DNA of 62,987 nucleotides, filler included, from Reticulomyxa filosa (lineage: Eukaryota > Protista > Foraminifera): assembly GCA_000512085.1 (NCBI GenBank). It is 12 parts of 12 records of this genome, joined end to end, with 100 filler letters (N's around TTAATTAATTAA, not from the genome) between each part and the next. Parts side by side here need not be neighbours in the genome. Positions count along the whole stretch, not along the records: positions 1 to 2,691 come from ASPP01040550.1; positions 2,792 to 5,159 come from ASPP01011869.1; positions 5,260 to 12,791 come from ASPP01012082.1; 9 more parts are not named here. One strand, 5' to 3'. This document shows positions 1-12,891 of the stretch, in pieces; position 1 is the stretch's first letter, and the number at the start of each line of letters is the position of its first letter. The notes under the pieces were generated by a model. The model saw only the letters and a list, made by a program, of their open reading frames with translations, was not told where the DNA came from and ran no database searches. The position numbers and the translations under genes are program-made.

Positions 1-1899
1 TAAAGTATTTTGAGATGATCTTTGATGATGCAAAGATGATGAAAGGATGCTTTTACCTTTTTTTTAAGATCACGAAGGACCAATAAAAAATTGAAATGTT
101 TAATAAATATGAACTTTTAAAATCTTTCCAAAGAGTGCATCTACCAAATATGTTTTCTTCTTCCTAGAAAAAAATTCTGCATGACTATTTTTGGTTGAAT
201 TACATAATTCCGACAAAGAAAACAAGATAAAGAGTTTGATGTATTATTTTATATTGTTTACATTAGCATTTTTGAATAATAGAAAAGGAGAAAATTTGTA
301 TTCTGTTATTTTTTTTTATAGATAACGACAATGATAATTATACACGGGAATGCTACTTGAAATATTTTTTACATTGGTGTCCAAATGATAACACACATGA
401 TCATATAAAACAAATAAGGGATTGAAACGTTGATTTGGTTATTTGGAGATTCAACCGCCAAAGAAGAACCGCAAGAAAAAATACAGCATCATTGTAAAAT
501 ATTGAAGATGATCAAAGGCCTTGTCCAACAATCAATCAAAAAAGTATATTCAAATAACAAAAAAAAAGTTAATTCTATCAATGTTGGAATATGATATTAT
601 TTTAAAGAACAAATTAGAATCAAAAAGCAAAACCAATAAATTGAAGAACACAGGCAAAGCAATAATCAATTTAAAAACAAAAAACAAAACATATTTAAAA
701 TTTATAAAAGTTGTGTTAAGCAATCTTCGTTTCAAAACTTTTTTGTTTTCAAATATTTTTCAAAAACTACAAACACTATTTCAAAGTTTTTGTTGAAAAC
801 CTTTGAAAAAAGTGATATACGTGCGTACTCAGTCTTGAATAAATTTTTAAAAAAATTTCTTGTCATTGAAAAAAAAATTACATGACCATTAAAATCCATT
901 TTTCATGTGCCAAAAATATTTTTGAAACTCTTTCATTACCCTTGAGAAAAAAAAAGCTCAATATAATCCATTTACACCAACAAAAGCGATCTTAAGCAAA
1001 AAAACAAAACGACAACTCTTAGCAATGAGAAGCAAACTTCAACACAACTAGCATTGGTAAACTTTAGTCAAGCTTTCAGAAAATCTGTTACCTTTTTATT
1101 ATTTTGTTTATTGTATAAAATTTGTGATTCAAACAGTCTGAAGAAAAAAAGATTCAAGTAATCATACAAAAACAGTGATTTATGGAATGTAAAATTAGCA
1201 AAGACTTTTGATTTTGTTGCATTACATAGATTTCCCCAACATTGTCCTTTGCATAATTGCATTTATTATCTCTACCGTTTTCATATGAGAAAATCTTGGT
1301 TGTGTATTAAAGCAATCTCTTTCTTTAGATATAAATAAAATCAACAAAAAAGTATTACACTAATTATGATTATCGTTCACAAATACAGTGGATTGAATAT
1401 TTCATACCACATCATGAAGATGATTATGTTTTTTTGTTTTAATGATTTTTTTATTATTCAAGATTTAGATTATTGTCAAAGTTTTTTAAATATCACTTGT
1501 ATTGTGATGGATAAAGGTTATGTTTTTCATCTTTTGAGTACTGTCGAAAATGCTTTAAAGATTGTTTAAGCCTTGGATAATGAAAGCAAAGAAAAGAAAC
1601 TGGAAAACGAAAAAGAAATATTTTTCAGTTTTTATTGTTATTGATAATGCGTAATTAGTTTGATAAAGTAATAACATACACTCTTGGTGGAATATAATGT
1701 CTCTATTTAAAATTATTAGTTATATCATTTATATATTTATATCATTTGTTTTATTAACAGCACAAAATAACACATAAACAAAAAATGTTTCGGTCAAATT
1801 AGAGTTTGATCATTTTTTTTTTGGAATTAATATATGTGATCCAATCTTTTAAAAATATCAGTTTGTTATCACAATTCGATAACGAAAATCAAAATTTAT

Positions 1900-2620
1900 T
1901 TCATAATAATTTCATCAAAATCATTGACCCATCCTAACTTATCTTTAAAGTTTAAATCCAATATTAAGCAATACATTTTATTTCATTTTTTGACTGTTCA
2001 TTATTTATTATTAATACAATCAGTGTTTGATCAAAACAAATAAATAAACAAATTTTTACCAACTGTAAAGGGTCCCACTCACACACTTTAGTCTTCATGT
2101 GAGTTGATACTCTTGTACGTTTAACATCTAGTCCTCCAATGATATGTATACGATTGTCTTCTTCACTCAATATTGCAATACAATCATACAATAGACTGGA
2201 TAAAGTGTTTTGAAATGTTTTCTCGAATTGAATACTTGTACAATGATTTTGAGCAAATGTTATTTTATAATTACTAAATGCTGTTGTTTTGTGAAAACAC
2301 AGGATTATCAATTGAATATGATGAAAATAATAACACTTTTCAATTTCATTAATTACCTGTTTGTAAAGATATTGCACTATTTAGTAATTATGCATATGTA
2401 GTGGATGTAATTTTATTTATTTTTCCCTTATTTGTTTTCATCATTCATTGCCTGTTCATTTTCTGGCTTTGATACAAAACAATGATATTGTATCCAATTA
2501 TTAATTGTTTAAAAATTAAAATGTATTTAAATCAAACAAACTAATATCCTTTAATAGATAAGTGATAAATAATAAATGACTGTTGCTTCCATCAATCACT
2601 GCACGCACTCATCATATTAT
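1900..2620 (-). pseudogene. Degraded Kelch-repeat family gene, paralog of 52143..53416, with an internal inversion
   Basis: Minus strand matches the intact paralog (CIAILSEEDNRIHIIGG, THMKTKVCEWDP, same terminal intron, last exon EIKCIA*YW..LGWVNDFDEIIMK). It has stops, deletions and frameshifts, and 2267..2400 lies on the opposite strand. Confidence 0.85.
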
Positions 2621-2691
2621 CGATTAAATTACATTATTTGTGTATTCCTACAGAAATTTCAAGTATTGTTATACAATGTATAAACAGAGTT

Positions 2692-2791
2692 NNNNNNNNN
2701 NNNNNNNNNNNNNNNNNNNNNNNNNNNNNNNNNNNTTAATTAATTAANNNNNNNNNNNNNNNNNNNNNNNNNNNNNNNNNNNNNNNNNNNN
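2692..2791. other. Artificial contig linker
   Basis: N44-TTAATTAATTAA-N44, with stop codons in all six frames. Confidence 0.99.
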
Positions 2792-2827
<36 letters not shown>

Positions 2828-2828
2828 A

Positions 2829-3154
2829 AGGATTTGTCAGAGGTTCCAAATATGAGTCCAATGACTCCCCAATGTGTATGTGGAAAAGATATGATGGAAC
2901 GGCTTGGCCAAAACAACAAACATTGGACGCATCATTGCTATGAGTGTCATTATCCATTTGGATACAATGATAGTGTGTGGGTTTGCAAAAGCACTATCGA
3001 AAGCTCTCTCAAGCGCCAGCAAAAAAAAATTTGTCCAAAGTGGCGATGTGAAGACGAAAACCAACACATTGCCAAGTATTTCTTATGTAGCACCTGTGCT
3101 TTGCCAAAGGTATCTGATGTCAGACTGCCACCACCGTCATCATCCCTGGCATCC

Positions 3155-3186
<32 letters not shown>

Positions 3187-5117
3187 AGCAACAGCAACAG
3201 CAGGTGCATCGATATCGGTATCAACACTAGCATTGGCATCCGCAGCCCCTGTTTCAAGCGCGAAAACATCTCTTCCTGTGATGGTCGACATGGCAGATAT
3301 TCAAAAGCACAACCCACAATGGATGAACATTCCAAAGGAGTTCTTCGAGTTGTTTTCCACACAGTACCATTTCATTTTTAAGCACTCGTTTGACTCCATG
3401 GAATATCAGCACTTGTGCAAACAATACTTGCTGTCGTATCTTCACAAAGTTTTGCTCTTGTCATGTTTGCATGTGTTTGTCCATTTCTTTTCTCGAGACA
3501 TCATTCTATATGTACACACACACACAAACAGTTTGACAAAGATGATTGCGAAGTGACGTTGGAAAAGCACCGTACAAACACTTACCGTCACACATAAGTG
3601 ATTTGATCGATTATTATTTGGGCAATGGAGATTTGAAAGCTGTTTTTTATTTACTCAAAGCCATTGACGCTCGTCTGCATTTTGATGTCATTCAGCCGCA
3701 ATGTGACGTAAAGTGTGTTCCACCCATCCTTTCCAAAATACCAGAGGTAATGTCTTTTGACAAGTCGCACTTTTTTTTTTTTTTTTTTGAAACGAATACG
3801 TTCAAAAATGCAGTGGTTGGAAAGCAAAATGTCGAGGTCGAAGACTGAACACGAAAGCAAAACTTGTGTGCTTGTTAATGGCTCCCCACATCCACATGTG
3901 CCTGGAGAACCATTGTTGGAGATCAACAATTGTGATGACGTCCCTGTTTTCATTAGGGAAGCAGTCAACGTGGAAACGCAAACACGTCGCAATTATCAAT
4001 CTCCATCCGAGGAACAATCAGTCACCATGGCCGAGAGCACCAGTTTTTTTTGACTTCTTTTTTTTCGTTTTACACTTTTTCAAACCAATCAAATTACACC
4101 CAATCAACAAACGCAAACAAAAGATGAAACCCCTAAAAACGAAGCAGACATGTCCCCTATTGCTCCAGCTGTCCCTTCTCCTTCCACTTCAACGCCCAAG
4201 TCGGCCTCCTCCACCAGAAAGAAAAGACAACACTTGCGACCCGATTACTTGGAGGTGATGAAGAAGTGCCAATTGGAAAGAGAGCAAAAACCCGCTGCCG
4301 CAGAAGACTGTGAAATGCTGGACAAGAGCAACACGAACAATGCACAAGAAAGCGTGGACACAAGCGTTAGCGTGGTGTGCGAAGCAGAGATAGTGGAGTA
4401 TGTGCCACAAGAAATCGGAGTGGAGACAGTATGTGCAATCGTGTTGTCCTCGATCGATGCCACATTCAATGAAAAGGAGCAACAATGGTTATCTCGAAAA
4501 CAAGTTTTGTATAATTTTTTTTTTTTTTTTTTTTTTTGCTTTGTATTACGCATTATACCCTTGGGATCGAATCGAATCTCAATCGTATTGTATTATTGTC
4601 GGACAACAGAAAGGATTAAATCCTTGGAGTGTCAGCGACTTGCTCGAAGTTCGTGGCGGCAATGGCTGGGCCAAAGGTGTAGTAAAAATGGTGACTGAGG
4701 ATGAAATATTGGTGCATTACATTGGTTGGCCACACACGTTTGACGAGTGGATCCACTGCAAATCTCCGCACGTGTTTCCCGACTTTTACAAGAACAAGCC
4801 CAAAAGTGAAAAGCCCAGTCCGTCCACTGCGACAAACGATCTGTTCAACAGAGCCACGATGCAGCAATGGGAGGAAGTGGTCAAAGACGAAAAAACGCAC
4901 GCCCGACAAAGACATACCAACAACAGCGCCATCGACATCGAAGTCGGATGTCGCGTCCGCTTGTGGTATGGATATATGTGGCGATACGGGACCGTCATTT
5001 GGGAATGGGCCAGAGACGAGTTGTATTGCATTTGGTTGGACGGAGACGCCTTGGAGCATGCCAAGTCCTATTACACGCACGACTTTCCAAAGTGGAATTT
5101 ACAAGTCGTTGATCGAG
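2829..5117 (+). CDS. Partial multi-exon protein: Cys-rich N-terminal region, Ser-rich linker and two Tudor/chromo-barrel-like domains
   Basis: CVC..CYEC..C..C..CSTC cluster. ILVHYIGWPHTFDEWI matches the chromo-barrel/Tudor-knot VHYxGWxxxxDEW motif, and a second barrel reads IEVGCRVRLWYGYMWRYGTV. GT-AG introns contain poly-T tracts. Exon boundaries are approximate and the gene is truncated by contig ends. Confidence 0.65.
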
Positions 5118-5124
5118 TTAAGTT

Positions 5125-5157
<33 letters not shown>

Positions 5158-5159
5158 CG

Positions 5160-5259
5160 NNNNNNNNNNNNNNNNNNNNNNNNNNNNNNNNNNNNNNNNN
5201 NNNTTAATTAATTAANNNNNNNNNNNNNNNNNNNNNNNNNNNNNNNNNNNNNNNNNNNN
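5160..5259. other. Artificial contig linker
   Basis: N44-TTAATTAATTAA-N44. Confidence 0.99.
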
Positions 5260-5298
<39 letters not shown>

Positions 5299-5334
5299 AG
5301 GATGGAAAGTTGAGAAAAAAAAAAAAGGCTTAAC

Positions 5335-5600
5335 CTAAATCCACGGTTCTGATTTTAAAGTCCACTCCAATGGTACTAATGTACGAATCTGTGTAGGTGT
5401 CATCCGCAAACCGCAGGAGCAAACAAGACTTACCGACCCCTGTTGTTTTGGTTCAACCCACAGCCCAATTTCGTCACGTTCATCTTTAACACAACTTGCT
5501 GCAAACGTTTTTCTTCGAGAGAAATACATATTTTGCAAAAAACCTCACCAGAATCTCCAATGAGCAACAACTTAAACAGATAATCGTATTCTGTGGACAT
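5335..5600 (-). CDS. RAB1: Rab1/Ypt1 small GTPase, first two exons (3' truncated by contig end)
   Basis: Exons 5600..5549 and 5439..5335 splice to [52 protein letters not shown]. This reading is absent from the ORF track. Confidence 0.96.
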
Positions 5601-6973
5601 GTTTTGTCGTGATTCTTAACCAATATGTGACTATAAATAATTTGAATATTTATTCAACGTCAAGCCCTGCAAATTTTGGGAGAGGGACAAGCTTTGGAAC
5701 TATTGAAATCTTGGACGATCGCCAAAATCCCAAGACGAGATAGCTTAAACATGTATTATTACCAAGCTTCTTACATTTAAAAAAGGAAACTGAAAGATAT
5801 GTTATAAGATACAAAAGAAAAACAAAATAAGAATCAGATAATCCTCTACTACAAATAACAATGATTTCTATGTGAATACAAACTATACATGTAGTTGTAA
5901 AAAATGAGTGTTTGACAGCAGCTAAATTTTTATAGCGATGCTAAAGTTCTATGTAAAAAACTGAAGATTGATTCTTTGCTTTGGCTATTAGCCGAATATG
6001 ATATGGTTGTTGTGTAAAGTTACGATCAATCACACCAATTGATTCTTAAACTTTTGAAAAATTTGTGGTAGTTTTGTCAAAAAGAAGAATAGTCATTCAA
6101 GTGCTCAACTTGACTTGTTTATGGTAGTGTTAATTGCAACAGAAATTTCCACAGAAAATAAAATCATATGATCGAGTTTGTTCGTCTGTCTTTTGTTTGA
6201 TGATTTGATGAATATTTCTGTTAATCTGAACGAATGATAAAGTATTAAACAGACATACCACACTTTTGTTTTCTGCTTTTGCAATGTTTTGAGTTCTATA
6301 TTTGATTTTATACTTTTTCATTTCAATATCTATTGAACGACAGAACTTAAATTTTTCTTTTTCACAAAATTAGATAAATTTGATTTTATGAACTAAATTT
6401 TGTAAGAATATCTTATAAGTTTTTAACTGCAAATTAGATCAATTACATTTTTAAAAATAATTTTATAAAAAGTGTAATGCATATGCTAGTTTTTGGGGAA
6501 CACTATTATATATTTAATTTAAATTAGCTTTCTATGTTTTAATAAAAAAATTGTTTTTGAAGACAATGTTGTTTCAATTATATATTATTTTTTACTATTT
6601 ACTGATATATGTTAAATATACAAACAAAATATAAATATCATTGAACCTGCATAACACTTTTTTTGAAAAAATGTTAATAATTGTCTTTTATTATTTACAA
6701 ATTTTTTAAAATATTTTAAAATATTTTTAGTTTTGTAATATAATTTTTTATGTGCTTAGCAATTATAATATGAAACCATTTTTTGTACACGTATTTTCCT
6801 CGGAAAAAAGCTACCAAAATCTTTAAAAAGTTATCTTCAAGTTAACTACAACACAGAAATTGTTATAATTTCAAACATTAAATCGTGAGGAAGTCGGCAC
6901 GTGCAAGTTTTGTTGTAAAGATAAAAACTTTCGAGGGACTTGTTATTAAATCTTTCTCCATCTTCTTTTAAGT

Positions 6974-8727
6974 ATGTTGTATTTATTGATCAGTTTTTTT
7001 GGACTGGCATTTGGCCATTCACATTTTAAAGGCCACTATCAAAATACGTATGAAACCAAGGAAGGAGTTGTTCGCACGACAACACTGACTGCTAACCAGC
7101 CGGAGTTGTGTGACAAGAACAGCTACAGTGGATACTTTGACGCCGATGGCAACCACAAATACTTTTACTGGTTCTTTGAAGCAAGAAATAACCCTTCAAG
7201 CTCGCCCTTGATTATGTGGTTGACTGGAGGTAATTTTCTTCAGAAATTTTTTTTTTGCACATTTTTTTTTTTATGTTCGACCTTCCGTTTCATAAAACGT
7301 GAAAATGTTTGATTGTGAAAAGGCCCTGGATGCAGCAGCATAATGGCTTTGCTGGTCGAAAATGGACCCTGCTATGTAAACGACCAAGCCAGCGATACGT
7401 ATTTATCCACTACCTCGTGGACTGAAGCTGCAAATGTTGTGTGGGTTGACCAACCTCCAGGTGTGTTTGCGGAATCTTTTTTTTTTTTATATTATCTATA
7501 TTCTCTCTCTTTCCACATGTGCAATAAAAGTTGATTCTTGATGTGTAACAAATGTGTTGTAAATTTCAAAAAAGGAACTGGATTTAGCACAGGCACAGTC
7601 GATACAACAGAAGACGAGATAGCACAAGATATGTATGCGTTCTTGCAGAACTTTATGGCCGCTTACCCGCAATACTTTAACAATGGATTGTATGGTTTGG
7701 AGAGTCTTACGCTGGACACTATGTCCCTGCCATTTCGTACGAAATTTTCCAGGAAAACCAAAACCCGAATAATAAAAAGATTCCTTTGGTTGCATTTGCA
7801 ATTGGAAATGGATTGACTGATCCTTATATCCAATACGCTTATTACGCACAAATGGCCTACAACAGGTTAAGTTTTTCAAAACATGTTATAATGTGTGTGT
7901 GTATGACCTCGCTTTAATATGCGCAATAAAGAAAGAACAGGACGTCAGGGAGGGGAAGAAAAAAAAGTTTGTTTTCAATGTAAAAACTGTACACACAGCA
8001 CCACGGCACCCAGTGTAATCAGTGAAACTACGTATAACCAAATGGTAAAGCACATTCCCCAATGCCAGGCCGATATTCAACAATGCAATAATGACGGCAG
8101 CAACAATGTTTGTGACGATGCTGAAAATTATTGCAACACTTACGAAATTGAACCTGTGACTGCAACAGGAGTGAACCCGTACGATTTGCGTATACCATGC
8201 GGCACGTCGAATTTGTGTTATAATTTCACAAACATTGATGTGTGGTTGAACAACGCCACTGTTCAAAAACAATTAGGCGTTAACGTGAAATGGAATTCAT
8301 GCAACAACGCTCCGCACATTGCTTTGAATGCTGACTGGGTCAAAGAATATCAACAAAAAATCCCTCCAATGCTTGCCAGTGGCATTAGAGGTCTTATTTA
8401 TGCTGGGGACCAAGTTATACTTTTTTTCCTCTAAGTTTTTTTAATTGTATTTTAACAATTAGATGATGTTTGTAATAGGATTTTATCTGCAATTGGCTTG
8501 GTAACAAAGCTTGGACTTTACAAATGACATGGGATCATGAAACCGATTTTGATAATGCTCCTGACAAACCTTGGAACCCAGATGGAACTGAGCGTGGTAT
8601 TATTCGCACTGCCTACAATTTCACCTTTTTGCAAGTGTTTCAAGCAGGACACATGGTGCCAATGGACCAACCTGTTAGTGCACTTGATATGGTTAAAGCT
8701 TATCTTTCTGACACATTAGGATATTAG
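6974..8727 (+). CDS. Serine carboxypeptidase, family S10 (carboxypeptidase Y-like), 5 exons
   Basis: Signal peptide, YFYWFFEARNNP, MWLTGGPGCSS, WVDQPPGTGFS, catalytic GESYAGHY, IGNGLTDP, IYAGDQDFICNW and AGHMVPMDQP. One apparent 1-nt frameshift near 7696-7698. Confidence 0.95.
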
Positions 8728-9316
8728 TGCGTTTGGGACTAGTTGTAAAGGTGGGGTTTAAGTAATTTGAAAATTTCATTATAAAAATTAACATTAAAAT
8801 GGCAATTATTTTTGTTTAGAAAAAAGTACGTTTAAAAGTTTTTTTTCGTATTTCCAAAAATTCTTAAGTATAAGTCCAAGATTTTGGTAGACTTGGATTC
8901 TAGGGAAAGAAACGAAGAAAAATTGAGGAACAAATCGAATTTAGGAAAACAACAAAAACATTTTCCAAACTTGTTCAATTTGTGTTTACATTCCACCAAA
9001 ACCTCTAATATATCATCAAAAACGTAAAAATAAATTCGAAAAACAAACCAGTCCATTTTTCCGACAGAACCATGTCAAAAAAAATAAACTACTAAAAATG
9101 TGTAACCACGAATACACACATTATTCAAAAACAAAAAAAAGGATTTAAAATAAGTTAGTTGATGCCTATTCTCTCCATTGATCATTCCACTACTCGTACA
9201 AACGGGTTGACCAAAATGTATTTATCGAAAAAGAGAGAAAAGCTGAAAAAGAAAAATTACAAACACTATCACGTAAAAAGGGAAAGTAAAGCAAAAGACA
9301 AGAAAGCTTTTAAAAA

Positions 9317-10404
9317 TTATTTGTAGTCAATTGCCCAGTGATTTGGCTGTTGTGGTTCATACTTCTCCCCGGTGTAAGGTTCAGGAGTACACAAAACATC
9401 CATAGTAAGTTCAGACATTAAGGTATCCATTGATTGCTTGGGTCGTAAACGAGCACGCTTTTGATGATAATGGCGTCCTTGACCTTGTGCTTGTTTTCCA
9501 AGACCTTGATCTAGTTCGTCTTCGTGTGACTCAATCAACATTTCCGGGGTGTGGTCAAAGGATGCCAACATAGTAGATTCTTTTCCAAGTGGTTGGCCGC
9601 TTGCATGATTTGGTTCGAATAAATCTCGTTGATACTGATAATCTTGCCCCTCTTCAAATGTCCCGTGTCCAACAAGCAAACAAACACGTCTTTGTGATAT
9701 GAGTCCATGAATTATCATTTACATAGAAACACAAGTGTGCGGCCTTGGGATGATGTTTGTGCAAAAGTTTTCACACACGCGAGAGAAAAAAAGACAAAGC
9801 TTCGTTTCACAAAAGAAAAGAAGAGGAAAAAAAACACACACACAAACACACAAAACCAGGGATTGCAAATGAATTGCATCTATCATGAAAGGCGGTGGCA
9901 TTGTGACTCAATTTGGAGGAATTGAGCCTGTTGTTTTCAGTGGGGTAAAAAGCAGGTCTGGCGGAAGTTGTCAAATGACTATTTTTGCTGTTATTATTGA
10001 AGTAGTTTGTCTCATCGGATTCTGAATGCGTGATGCGCGGATTGACAACATCCCGATCTTGACCGTTGTTGTGATTATAATTATAATTGTAGTTGTGGCC
10101 ATGGTGCAATACACTTGGGTTTAAATTATTGCCAAAATTATTATAATTATATCTGCTGTTGTTGTTACTGTTATTATTGTTATTGTAATTATGAGGCAAG
10201 CCATATTTGTTCGCGTCATTATGAGGACCCTGAGCAAAAACGCTTCCGCTACTGTGAATCCTTGTAATGGTCAGCGTTCGACTTTTTCCTCCAGCATTGT
10301 TATTTTGAAAGCTATTCTAATGTTTGACACATTTTTTTTTATTTTTTTTTAAAAAAATTTAATTTGCAAACTATCTCCGCATTCGTTCCTTCCCTTTTTT
10401 CCAC

Positions 10405-10443
<39 letters not shown>

Positions 10444-11270
10444 TTTTGGCCCTATCTCGGTTCAAAAACATATGCATTCGGCAAGATTGCACGTATGCGC
10501 GTGTATTGGTTTGACTTACTACTTGAGGAGGCGGATTTGCGGAGAGCGGTTCGGCAACAGGATCTGAGGTGTTCATGAGCATGGCTTCTTCCATGAGAAG
10601 AGTGCATGTGCGAATGTGCCGTTGAGCATCATTGTTTTCCATTGCTTGTCGTTGTGGCTCACTACCGTTACTACTACCACTACTACTACTACTACTAATA
10701 CTGTTGCTAACGCCGCTACTCTTGCAACTGCTGGTACTACTGTTACTACTACCGCTATACCAAGGATGTTCGCTGCTGTCGGATTGCATCTGCATTGGTG
10801 TGTCACTTCGACTACTGTTGTAAATAGGCGTCGTGTTTACGCGCATTCGCGCATCTTCGCTACTGCTCATTTGGTCATTGGTTCGTATGCTCGACGAATA
10901 ATTTATGGTACTCGCCGTGTGTGTCTTACTGGTATTGTCACTCGATTGTCTATTGTGGCTCACTCGATTCATGTTTTCGTCTTTGTCATTGTTATTGTTA
11001 TCGTTGTTGTTAAGGTTGACATTGGCTTCTTCTTCTTCTTCTTCTTCTTCGTTGTCTTCATTTGACACTCGTCTCACGTTGCTCAAGTTCCTTTCGTTAT
11101 TCCTTCCTTCAATGTTGCCTGCGTTGTCCAACAACGGCGGCGTTTCGTCGTCTGATTTTATTGAGTTCAGGTTCGACTCACTGTCTCGCATAAGTTGCGC
11201 GCTTCTCTTCTTTTTTTCGGCTTTTATTGTCCGATTCAATGTCGCTCTTTTTCGACGACGAGGGTAATTG
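9317..11270 (-). CDS. Hypothetical low-complexity (N/S/E-rich) multi-exon protein
   Basis: Three consecutive minus-strand ORFs (10349..11239, 9807..10199, 9317..9718) separated by intron-like tracts. No domain recognised and the start is uncertain. Confidence 0.55.
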
Positions 11271-11777
11271 TGTATCGCTTAAACAAGTCAATTTTGTTCC
11301 CATTTTTATTAAATAACAATTTTTTTTTTTTTAAGCCACAAAAATATTTTTTGATCTGTTCGGCTTATCTTTAACTAATGCTTTACCTTCCTAAAAATAT
11401 CCTTTTTTTTTTTTTTTGCGCTTTTTGTAGAAAGTTGGTTTTCATGGTTTATTTGTCAAAATTAGAATATATTGCTTTGTTGAGAATTGGACACAAAAGT
11501 AGAAGAATATTGTAGAAACAACTTAACAAATGTTTTACTTCCAATAGGATGTGTATGCTGCTTGCAGTTTTTTATTATATTATTTTTGTTTAGTGCGTCG
11601 ACAAAAGGCAAAGAGCTAGGAAAAGGATTGCCCCCTGTCTGGAGAAAGTGTCGAATAGAAAATGACTCGTTTGAAATCAACTCATTGTTCTAATGAGGTA
11701 AACTATGCCTCCAAATACGACATTTTGGAGGAAGGACATTTAAAAAAAAAAGAAAAGGAAGATTTGTTATTAAATTA

Positions 11778-12755
11778 TCATTGCGTTTCACCTTGGGGAT
11801 CGGGGTTGGATGCAACATTATCTTGAAAATGTTCTAATCTTTTTATTTGTTCTTCTTCCGTTTCTTTATATCTGTAATCTGTGATTCCATCCCAGTAAAA
11901 ACATTCAACAATCCTCGTATCAAAATATCTTCGGTTCATTCGATTGATACATTCTTGGGCGTCTTTTGGATGTTTAAACTTCACTGACACTGCACCTGAT
12001 GGACTATCCTATAAAAAGACAAACAAAACAAAAAATATATACATATACGTATATCTAAAATAAAAAATGAATCGCATGTGTTGTTGTAAAGAATTAAACT
12101 TCAAACACATTAATTTTATCAACAGGGCCAATTTGGAGCACTCTTCAAAGATTTCATTTTTCAGCTGTGCATAAAAGGCATCACTATCTTCAGCTGCTTG
12201 AACTGCCTCTAATGTGAACATTGGCTTCAAAATGACAAAGTGTAAATGCGGCGCAATGTTGTCACCATTTTCATCCCAAGTCAGTTCATGAGACATGTCA
12301 TGCATTTCGCGTAGTACTCTTCTTTCGTCTATACAATATATATATATATATATACAATAAACATATAAATATATATATATGTATATCCCAAAAGAAGAAA
12401 AAGATTGAAATCAAACAAACATATAATAACAACAAAACTTGCATTTAATCTTCGTCTCTTGGTAGGCACGTACTCGCCATGGCATTTAAATTGTGCTGCC
12501 TCGACTTTGACCGGATAGCCGGTCTTGATTTCAGTGCCGTCCAACAGTTGCACGGCGAGCGGGACGGCCTCTGGTTTGAAATATGTGACCAGGGCATCTC
12601 CTTTGTTGACTCCGGCCTCGTTTTTGTACAATTTGATCTTCCACTTCCCACTGTAAATATCTTTCTTCAAAACTCCGCACTGGTTAAAAAAGGCATACAG
12701 TTCATCTTCCGTTATGTCTGGAGGCAGTCCATCGACATAGACGCTCGAGTTATTT
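11778..12755 (-). CDS. HTATSF1: Tat-SF1/Cus2 splicing factor (RRM + UHM), 5' truncated
   Basis: SVYVDGLPPDIT, KIKLYKNEAGVNKGDALVTYFKPEAVPLAVQLLDG, VKVEAAQF and UHM end MNRRYFDTRIVECFYWDGITDY. 1-nt frameshift near 12130. Confidence 0.92.
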
Positions 12756-12791
12756 CTAGTTATTTGTATTGTGTTTTTTAAAAAAAAAAAA

Positions 12792-12891
12792 NNNNNNNNN
12801 NNNNNNNNNNNNNNNNNNNNNNNNNNNNNNNNNNNTTAATTAATTAANNNNNNNNNNNNNNNNNNNNNNNNNNNNNNNNNNNNNNNNNNNN
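12792..12891. other. Artificial contig linker
   Basis: N44-TTAATTAATTAA-N44. Confidence 0.99.

Noticed and set aside
10364-11267. Plus-strand ORFs rich in L/T/V/S overlapping the low-complexity gene
   Set aside because: These are antisense shadows of trinucleotide repeats. The same applies to most short overlapping ORFs in the track.
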